DNA of 44,436 nt. Origin: an uncultured Clostridia bacterium. Its GTDB lineage: Bacteria; Bacillota; Clostridia; Christensenellales; UBA1242. Shown here piece after piece: positions 18,867 through 26,066 of the stretch; positions within the stretch are counted from its first letter, which is position 1; every line of letters begins with the position of its first letter. Below the pieces are notes generated by a model. That model made no database searches, was not told the origin of the DNA, and worked only from the letters and a program-made list of their open reading frames with translations. The translations under genes and the position numbers were made by a program. The DNA lies in NCBI GenBank assembly GCA_905235485.1, contig CAJOLY010000011.1, positions 1-44,436 on the forward strand. Direction: 5' to 3'.

Positions 18867-19418
18867 ATGAAAATAACATATGTTACAGGTAATAAATATA
18901 AAATTGAATTAGCGCAAAGAATTTTAGGACCATTAGGTGTAGAAGTTATTCAAAAGAAAATTTATTGTCCAGAAATTCAAAATGATGACATCGCTGAAGT
19001 GTCAAAATATTCTGCAAAATTTGCGGCAAATGAATTAAGTTGTCCAGTAATAAAAAACGATAGTGGATTAGTTATTGACGGACTTAAAGGTTTTCCTGGC
19101 CCATATACATCATACATAGAAGACACAATAACAGAAGATGGAATTCTTAAATTGATGCAAGACATAGAAGATAGAAACGCTCATTTTGTTGAAGTTATTT
19201 CCTATTGTGAACCAAACAAAGAACCCATTTCTTTTATTTCAAATACATATGGTTCAATTGCAAAAGAAAAAAGAGGAGAATTTGGTTGGAGCTTTGACAG
19301 GATATTTGTCCCAAAGAATGAAATTAGAACTTTAGCAGAAATGCCGGATGATGAAAGATGGAAATTTTGGACAGATGATGCATATATTCAATTAAAGGAC
19401 TATTTGGAAAAAATTTAG
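18867..19418 (+). CDS. Ham1/RdgB/ITPase-family non-canonical NTP pyrophosphatase
   Basis: 'YVTGNKYKIELA', 'NDSGLVIDGLKGFPGPYTS', 'FGWSFDRIFVP...TLAEM'. SD AGGAGGAG. Confidence 0.75.
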   Translation: MKITYVTGNKYKIELAQRILGPLGVEVIQKKIYCPEIQNDDIAEVSKYSAKFAANELSCPVIKNDSGLVIDGLKGFPGPYTSYIEDTITEDGILKLMQDIEDRNAHFVEVISYCEPNKEPISFISNTYGSIAKEKRGEFGWSFDRIFVPKNEIRTLAEMPDDERWKFWTDDAYIQLKDYLEKI

Positions 19419-19505
19419 TTTTTTAAAAATAATGAAATTATAAAATATGAAAAAGATTTATTGCATAGTTTTTAGCTATGCAATATTTTGTATTAAAATA
19501 TCAAT

Positions 19506-19759
19506 ATGAAAAAATTATATAGCAACTTTTTTTAATACTAGAACACAACGACAAGAAAAGCAAAACACGCAAAATTGAAAAACTTGAAAAGACATACATC
19601 AAAGGCAAGCGTAGTGTTAAACTTTACTATAACTCTGCTCACTTTAACGAATATGAAATTAATGATGACTATGACTGTGAATATGAAAAGGATGAAGTTA
19701 GTAAAGTTTTTAGAAAAACAATTCGCCAAGAAAAATTGTGGAAGTACTTTAAATATTAG
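19506..19759 (+). pseudogene. small ORF interrupted at a T7 homopolymer
   Basis: ATG 19506 reads MKKLYSNFF then a stop. A further 74 codons (LILEHNDKKSKTRKIEKLEK...QEKLWKYFKY) are open in the frame that one extra T would restore. Confidence 0.3.
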
Positions 19760-19855
19760 ATAATTTAGCGTTTTTTATTAGACAGTTAATTATAAAAATA
19801 TAATAAAAAAACCTAGCAACTACTGCTATGAACCCCAAAAGTTTGACAAAAAAAT

Positions 19856-20700
19856 TTAATATGAATGAGTTCGATATTGAATCGGGCTCATTTTTAGTTT
19901 TAAAACTATCCTTTCGTTATTGTAATAATATATATATATATATTCTTTCAGTTTGTCAATGAAAGTGTTAACACTTTCAAACTTTTCGCCGAGAAACATT
20001 TCTGTTTTTAGTCTTCCAAAGAAGTTTTCCATTATACTGTTATCTTAGCAATTTCCTTTTCTTGACATACTTTGTATTATGTTATGTTCTTTGAGTAATC
20101 GTTGATATTCTTTCATTTGATATTGCCAACCTTGGTCTGAGTGTAATATTGGTTTTGAGTTTGCTGGTAGAATATCAAAAAGATTGTTTAACATTTCTTT
20201 TGTCTGAGCAAAATTAGGACTTAAAGAGATTGAGTATGAAAGTATTTCATTGTTATACATATCTAGTATTGGTGAAAGATATACTTTGTCATCACAGACA
20301 TTAAATTCAGTAACATCAGTTGTGAGTTTTTGAAATGGCTTGACTGCTTTAAAATCTCTCGCAATGATATTTGGAGCGATTTTACCAACTTCACCTTGTA
20401 TGACTTGTATTTACTCTTTTTTTGTTTACCTTTAATGTTAAGTGATTTCATTAGTTTCAGAACTGTTTTATGATTGATTGTATATCCAAGTTTTCTTAAT
20501 TCTAACTCAATTCGTCTATATCCATATATACCTTTATTTTCAATATGTATTTGCTCAATTTTTTCTTTTATCTCAGCATATTTGTCTATTTTACTTTTAG
20601 ACAAATGGTAGTAGAAATTACTTCTAGGAATATCTGAAAGTTTAAGGAGTAAATCAAGCGGATATATTTGCCTTAACTCAGAAACAATTTTTACTTTCTC
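19856..20700 (-). pseudogene. IS3-family transposase OrfB (DDE), disrupted
   Basis: Three collinear fragments reassemble a typical OrfB: 'YGYRRI', 'LTTDVTEF', 'LHSDQGWQY', 'SMSRKGNC*DNSIMENFFG', 'YYYNNERI'. There is one frameshift near 20400 and an in-frame TAA where the family has a conserved codon (CYDN/CLDN). Confidence 0.85.
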
Positions 20701-21086
20701 TTTTTCTTTTGTTCTTCCGCACGAATTAAGGCATCTAATTTTTTTAAGTAATCATTCTCAGCTCTTAGATACAAATTTTCTTCCTTCAATCTTTGATATT
20801 CAGCAATCAAATCATCTTTAACTTCTTTGTTTATTTTTCTTTTTCTACCTTTGTTTGGATTATCCATTTTTTTTGTTCTTCCACGCCGTTCTCTGTAGAA
20901 ACCAGCTTCTCCTTCTTCTAAGAATATGCGTTCCCACAATTTGATTTTACTAGTATCATTGTATTCTTTGCCCGGTTCAGAGTTAAAAAATTTTCTGCAA
21001 GCTTCATTATATCCTAAATTGTTATTACGCATATCTAGTATACACGATATTTTGAACTCTGGACTATTTTTTTTATTTTTTCTCAT
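20691..21086 (-). CDS. IS3-family transposase OrfA (HTH plus leucine-zipper region)
   Basis: 131 aa with a basic/coiled C-terminus. An A-rich AAGAAAAAG run lies just before the stop, where the -1 frame continues into OrfB. Confidence 0.8.
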   Translation of the reverse strand: MRKNKKNSPEFKISCILDMRNNNLGYNEACRKFFNSEPGKEYNDTSKIKLWERIFLEEGEAGFYRERRGRTKKMDNPNKGRKRKINKEVKDDLIAEYQRLKEENLYLRAENDYLKKLDALIRAEEQKKKRK

Positions 21087-21180
21087 TAAAAATGCACCTC
21101 CAAAAGTGTCTAACTTTTGGGGTGCACTTCAAATGGTTGTGAAAACAAAAAAATAGTCCAGTGGACTATTTTTAATTTAC

Positions 21181-21263
21181 TGGTGGGGACGGTGGGACTT
21201 GAACCCACACTCTTGCGAACACGCCCCTTAAACGTGCGCGTCTGCCAGTTCCGCCACATCCCC
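21181..21263 (-). tRNA. tRNA-Leu, type II (long variable arm), anticodon reads AAG; CCA encoded
   Basis: Sense strand starts ggggatg-tg-gcggaactggcagacgc-g. The anticodon arm is cacgt-TTAAGGG-gcgtg. The rest is ttcgcaagagtg-tgggttcaagtcccac-cgtcccc-a-cca. The 7-nt loop has U33, anticodon A-A-G and G37. Confidence 0.8.
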
Positions 21264-21384
21264 GTTTATTAAGCAAATGTATTATATCAAACAAAAATCA
21301 AAAAAGCAATAATTTTTATTAAAATTTTTTAATTTTTTTAATTTTTTTTGGACATTTGTTACAAGATTAACATATAAATATTTA

Positions 21385-21413
21385 TTGACAATTTTTTGAT
21401 ATAAGAATAAAAT
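21385..21413 (+). promoter_or_regulatory. sigma70-like promoter of the ABC exporter operon
   Basis: TTGACA (21385-21390), 17 nt, TAAAAT (21408-21413). SD AGGAG lies before ATG 21443. Confidence 0.5.
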
Positions 21414-21442
21414 ATCACAGAAATGTTATTTAGGAGCTTTAT

Positions 21443-23212
21443 ATGATAAAAATTTTGAAATACTTAAAATCAAAAGAATGGATTTTTGTTGCTTTAAGTG
21501 CAGGGCTCATTGTTTTTGAAGTATTTTTGGAACTTAAACTGCCTGAATATATGACACAAATAACTACAATTATGACCACAAATGGCGAAATGAGTGAAAT
21601 TCTCAAAAATGGCGGGCTAATGCTTGCTTGTGCATTGGGAAGTGGACTTGTTGCTGTTGCTGTTGGTTTTTTGTCTGCAAAAATTGGGGCTGGTCTATCT
21701 CAAAGGCTAAGAAGCAAAATATATGGTCAGGTTGCGACATTTTCTCCAACCGAAATGCACAAATTTTCAACTGCTAGTTTAATCACAAGATCAACAAATG
21801 ACATATCACAAATTCAACAATCAGTTTCAATGGGACTTCAAATTATTTTTAAAGCACCAATCACGGCAATTTGGGCTATTGTTAAAATCACAACAAAAAG
21901 TTTTGAATGGTCTCTTGCAACTGCCATTGCTGTCGGGATTATTTTGATTGGTGTGATACTGATAACAACAATAGTTGTGCCAAAATTTAAAATAGTACAG
22001 AAACAAACAGATGATTTAAATCGTGTCACAACTGAAAATTTGAGCGGCATAAGAGTTATACGGGCTTTTAATGCAGAAAATTTTGTAGAAAATAAATTTA
22101 ACAACACCAACACTGCTCTCACAAAAACACATCTTTTCACAAGCTATGCACTTTCCTTTATGAATCCAATTATGAATATTGTTATGAACGGCCTATCACT
22201 TTCAATTTATGTTATTGGTGCGTTCCTAATCAATTCTGCTGTTGGACTTGAAAGAATAACATTATTTAGTGATATGACAGTTTTCTTTTCATATTCAATG
22301 CAGATCATAGCTTCATTTATGATGCTTGTAATGATATTTATGATTATGCCAAGAGCTCAAGTAAGTGCAAGACGTATTTTGGAAGTACTTGACACAAAAT
22401 CCAAAATTCAAGACGGCGAAGGTGCAAATCCAACCGAAATTGGCACAGTAAAATTTGAAGATGTAACTTTTGAATATGCTGATGCAAAAGAGCCAGTTAT
22501 CAAAAATATATCTTTTGAAGCAAAGCAAGGAGAAATGCTTGCAATAATTGGTGCCACTGGAAGTGGTAAATCTACAATAATCAAACTTATTCCAAGGCTA
22601 TATGATGCAACAAGTGGAAATGTTTTTGTGGATGGCGAAAATGTGAAAAACTATAAATTAAGTGAGCTATACAGCAAAATTGGATACATTTCTCAGCATT
22701 CTGTTCTCTTTTCTGGAACTATTGCAAGCAATGTCTCTATGGGAGAAAAAAATTCTCAAAAGGTGCAAATTGAAGATGTTAGAAATGCCATAAAAGAAGC
22801 TGAATCACAAGATTTTGTAGAAAATATGGAAAACACATACAACGCAAGCGTTTTACAAGGTGGTTCAAACCTATCGGGTGGGCAAAAACAAAGAATCGCC
22901 ATTGCAAGAGCACTTGCAAGAAAACCAGAAATTTTGATTTTTGATGACTCATTCTCTGCTCTTGACTATCAAACTGACAAAAATCTTAGAAACACATTGA
23001 AAGAAAATTTAAGTAATACAACTTGCATTATTGTTGCACAAAGAATTGGAACTATAAAAAACTGTGACAAAATTTTGGTCGTTGACAATGGTCAAATAGT
23101 TGGCGAAGGAACGCACAAAGAGTTGATGAAAACATGTGAAATTTACAAACAAATTGCTTTGTCACAACTTTCAAAGGAGGAACTAGAGAATGACTCAGAA
23201 CAAAACTCCTAA
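21443..23212 (+). CDS. ABC exporter half-transporter (TMD-NBD), subunit carrying the degenerate-site Walker B
   Basis: Six-TM N-terminal domain, Walker A 'GATGSGKST', signature 'LSGGQKQR', Walker B 'ILIFDDSFSALD' (Asp where the catalytic Glu normally sits). Confidence 0.9.
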   Translation: MIKILKYLKSKEWIFVALSAGLIVFEVFLELKLPEYMTQITTIMTTNGEMSEILKNGGLMLACALGSGLVAVAVGFLSAKIGAGLSQRLRSKIYGQVATFSPTEMHKFSTASLITRSTNDISQIQQSVSMGLQIIFKAPITAIWAIVKITTKSFEWSLATAIAVGIILIGVILITTIVVPKFKIVQKQTDDLNRVTTENLSGIRVIRAFNAENFVENKFNNTNTALTKTHLFTSYALSFMNPIMNIVMNGLSLSIYVIGAFLINSAVGLERITLFSDMTVFFSYSMQIIASFMMLVMIFMIMPRAQVSARRILEVLDTKSKIQDGEGANPTEIGTVKFEDVTFEYADAKEPVIKNISFEAKQGEMLAIIGATGSGKSTIIKLIPRLYDATSGNVFVDGENVKNYKLSELYSKIGYISQHSVLFSGTIASNVSMGEKNSQKVQIEDVRNAIKEAESQDFVENMENTYNASVLQGGSNLSGGQKQRIAIARALARKPEILIFDDSFSALDYQTDKNLRNTLKENLSNTTCIIVAQRIGTIKNCDKILVVDNGQIVGEGTHKELMKTCEIYKQIALSQLSKEELENDSEQNS

Positions 23213-25004
23213 AATGCATGGCCCTAGAGGAATAAGAGGGCCTCAAGAAAAAGCGAAAGACTTTAAAAAATCAATCAAAAATCTTATTCGATATAGCAAA
23301 AAATATTTGGGCTTAATTATCATTTCAGCAGTTCTTGCCATAACTTCATCAATTCTTGCAGTTATCGGTCCAAACAAACTAAAAGACCTAACAAACGAAA
23401 TTCAAATTGGCCTTGGCGGAACAATAAATTTGGACAATATTTTAAACATCATGTTTGTTTTGATTACAATATATCTTGTTAGTTCAACATGTATGGCCTT
23501 GCAAAACATTTTTATGGCAAAAGTTTCTCAAAGTGTATCAAAAAAACTAAGAACTGACATTGATAAAAAAATAAATCGTGTACCAATCAAATTTGTTGAC
23601 AAAACTGCTCACGGAGACCTTCTTTCAAAAGTAACAAATGATGTTGATACAATTTCGCAAGGACTAAATAACACTGTGGGAACGCTTGTGCATTCAGTTG
23701 CACTTGTGGTTGCAACCATACTTATGATGTTTATCACAAATCCCATTCTTGCAGTCACAACAATTGTTTGCTCACTTTTTGGTTTTGTTTTGATTGCAAT
23801 AATCATGAAAAAATCTCAAAAATATTTTGTAGCTCAACAAATTGGACTTGGTAAAATAAATGGGCACATTGAAGAAATATATTCTGGACATAATATTATA
23901 AAAGTTTATAATGCAACAAATGAAGAAACAGAAAAATTTGAAAAATTAAATTCAAATCTATATTCAAGTGCATTCAAATCACAATTTTTGGGTGGACTAA
24001 TGATGCCAATTATGATTTTTATTGGTAACTTTGGTTATGTTGCAGTTTGTGTTGTGGGGGCATTGCTTGTTTTAAGCGGAAAAACAGATATTGGAACAAT
24101 CATAGCATTTATCATGTATGCAAGAATTTTCACAAATCAACTCACTCAATCATCACAAGCTTTTGCATATTTGCAATCAACAGCAGCAGCAAGTGAAAGA
24201 GTTTTTGAGCTGTTTGATGAAACCGAAATGCTTGATGAAACTCAAAAAACTCAATATCTTTCGCCAAAAACAGTGAAAGGCAACGTTAAATTTGATCATA
24301 TTTCTTTTGGATATGAAAAAGATAAAACAATTATAAAAGATTTTTCAATCGACATAAAAGCTGGACAAAAAGTTGCAATTGTTGGAAAAACAGGTGCTGG
24401 AAAAACCACAATTGTTAACCTTTTGATGAAATTTTATGAACTTGATAGTGGCAATATTTACATTGACGGCATCAGCACAAATAATCTTACGCGAAACAAT
24501 ATTCATGACCTTTTTGGAATGGTTCTTCAGGATACTTGGCTTTTTGAGGGTACAATTAAAGATAACTTAAAATTCAACAATCCAAATATTACTGATGAAA
24601 GATTGGAGGAAGTTTGCACTGCTTGTGGCATAAATCACTTCATCAATTCTCTTCCAAATGGCATAAATACAGTTTTGAATAACAACACAGCCGTTTCTGC
24701 CGGGCAAAAACAACTACTTACAATTGCAAGAGCAATGGTTCAAAATAGTCCAATGATTATTTTGGACGAAGCAACAAGTAGCGTTGACACCAGAACTGAA
24801 ATTCTCATTCAAAATGCAATGGATAACCTATCTTCTGGCAGAACAAGTTTTGTTATTGCTCACAGACTCTCAACAATAAAAAATGCGGATATAATAATTG
24901 TTATGCAAAATGGTGAAATTGTGGAAACGGGAAACCACAAAACTTTACTTTCACAAAATGGAGCATATTCAAAACTTTACAATAGCCAGTTTGATGAACA
25001 ATAG
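23190..25004 (+). CDS. ABC exporter half-transporter (TMD-NBD), partner subunit
   Basis: Walker A 'GKTGAGKTT', non-canonical signature 'VSAGQKQ', canonical Walker B 'IILDEATSSVD'. 23-nt overlap with the upstream gene. Confidence 0.9.
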   Translation: MTQNKTPKMHGPRGIRGPQEKAKDFKKSIKNLIRYSKKYLGLIIISAVLAITSSILAVIGPNKLKDLTNEIQIGLGGTINLDNILNIMFVLITIYLVSSTCMALQNIFMAKVSQSVSKKLRTDIDKKINRVPIKFVDKTAHGDLLSKVTNDVDTISQGLNNTVGTLVHSVALVVATILMMFITNPILAVTTIVCSLFGFVLIAIIMKKSQKYFVAQQIGLGKINGHIEEIYSGHNIIKVYNATNEETEKFEKLNSNLYSSAFKSQFLGGLMMPIMIFIGNFGYVAVCVVGALLVLSGKTDIGTIIAFIMYARIFTNQLTQSSQAFAYLQSTAAASERVFELFDETEMLDETQKTQYLSPKTVKGNVKFDHISFGYEKDKTIIKDFSIDIKAGQKVAIVGKTGAGKTTIVNLLMKFYELDSGNIYIDGISTNNLTRNNIHDLFGMVLQDTWLFEGTIKDNLKFNNPNITDERLEEVCTACGINHFINSLPNGINTVLNNNTAVSAGQKQLLTIARAMVQNSPMIILDEATSSVDTRTEILIQNAMDNLSSGRTSFVIAHRLSTIKNADIIIVMQNGEIVETGNHKTLLSQNGAYSKLYNSQFDEQ

Positions 25005-25218
25005 ATAACAACAAAAGCGGACTTTGATTAGTCTGTTTTTGTTTGTAAACCAAATATTTAAATGACAAAATAATTCCCAAAATTGTTGCTCTCCTGCTTG
25101 ACAATGATATTTCACTTTGATATAATTGAGTTGCATTTGTGCATAAGGAATTTAGATTTATTTTTGTATAATATTAAATTTTAATATGGTAATGTACAAC
25201 TTAAAACTTAATAATTAT

Positions 25219-25308
25219 GGAGAGTTACCCAAGTGGTTAAGGGGGCACCCTGCTAAGGTGTTAGGTCGGGAAACTGGCGCAAGAGTTCAAATCTCTTACT
25301 CTCCGCCA
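25219..25308 (+). tRNA. tRNA-Ser(GCU), type II, CCA encoded
   Basis: ggagagt...anticodon loop CTGCTAA...long variable arm ggtcgggaaactggc...T-arm gagttcaaatctc...ctctccgcca. Confidence 0.9.
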
Positions 25309-25320
25309 ACGCCAAGAAAA

Positions 25321-25348
25321 ACTGATAAGAACACTCTTGTCAGTTTTT
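25321..25348 (+). terminator. terminator after tRNA-Ser
   Basis: 10-bp stem actgataaga/tcttgtcagt (one G-U pair), loop acac, then a T-run. Confidence 0.55.
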
Positions 25349-25368
25349 ATTAGATTTAAGGAGAATTT

Positions 25369-25841
25369 ATGATTCCTAAATTTATTAATATTACAGAAAA
25401 ACAACTTGTTTTATTTGATATGGATGGGGTTTTGGCTGAATATGTTGCTGCGAAGAAGTAAATATAATAAACGAAGTTCCTAACACATACTTAAACAAAA
25501 GACCAATAAAAAGCGTTATTAAAGTTGCCGAACAATTACATAAAATGCAAAACATAACAGTCGGCATTTTAAGCAGTTGCGACCACGCTAGCCAAGTTAT
25601 TGAAAAGAAAAAATGGTTACAAAAATATTTACCATATATAGATGATGACAACATTTATATAGTTGTTTGGGCAAATGAAAACTACACAAAGGAAACAAGA
25701 TGCAGAGCAAAGCTGGACCAAATACAAAAGATAAGTGGATACAATGATATTTTTTTAATTGAAGACACTCATAAAAATATATCAACTACAAATCAAACCA
25801 TTCAAAATTGTGCTCATCATGTAAGTGAAATATTAGATTAA
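25369..25841 (+). pseudogene. 5'(3')-deoxyribonucleotidase-like HAD phosphatase (NT5C/YorS-like), frameshifted
   Basis: SD AAGGAG then ATG 25369 gives 'LVLFDMDGVLAEYVAAKK*' (HAD motif I). The rest ('EEVNIINEVP...VGILSSC...LIEDTHKN') continues in another frame to 25841. Confidence 0.55.
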
Positions 25842-25856
25842 TTTTTGTGTTTTTAT

Positions 25857-25879
25857 GGAGAGTCGGGCTTTCCGCCAAC
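25857..25879 (+). other. collapsed pseudo-copy of tRNA-Ser ends (att-like scar)
   Basis: ttatggagagt (25853-25863) repeats 25215-25225. tcggg repeats 25266-25270. tccgccaac (25871-25879) repeats 25302-25310. Confidence 0.45.
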
Positions 25880-25884
25880 AACAG

Positions 25885-25910
25885 CCGCATTCTAATATGC
25901 GGTTTTTTTT
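25885..25910 (+). terminator. rho-independent terminator
   Basis: Stem ccgcat/atgcgg, 6-nt loop, T8. Confidence 0.6.
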
Positions 25911-26066
25911 GTTACAAAGGTGTTGCAGACGCAATTTTTATTAGCGCACATTCTTCTTGTTTCACTAATAACTAATTACAACCAAAAACAACTTTTCAGA
26001 TTTTTATTTTTTGATTTACATTTCAAAATTATTTTTTGCTATACTAAACAATATGGAGATATGTAA

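Larger units (their letters stand above)
19829..21126 (-). mobile_element. IS3-family insertion sequence (IS150-like), decayed
   Basis: Terminal inverted repeats tgaaccccaaaagtttgaca (19829-19848) and tgcaccccaaaagttagaca (reverse complement of 21107-21126) match 18/20. An orfA/orfB pair lies inside. Length 1298 bp. Confidence 0.85.

Noticed and set aside
19928-19943. (AT)8 dinucleotide repeat as a possible regulatory microsatellite.
   Set aside because: It lies inside the IS3 orfB reading frame, where it encodes the family's 'YIYIYYYN' segment.
20045-20604. Track ORFs 20045-20260 and 20263-20604 as two independent genes.
   Set aside because: They are consecutive fragments of a single IS3 OrfB separated by a frameshift.
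25545-25841. 98-aa ORF as a stand-alone gene.
   Set aside because: It is the C-terminal part of the frameshifted NT5C-like gene, whose SD, ATG and DMDGV motif lie at 25358-25430.
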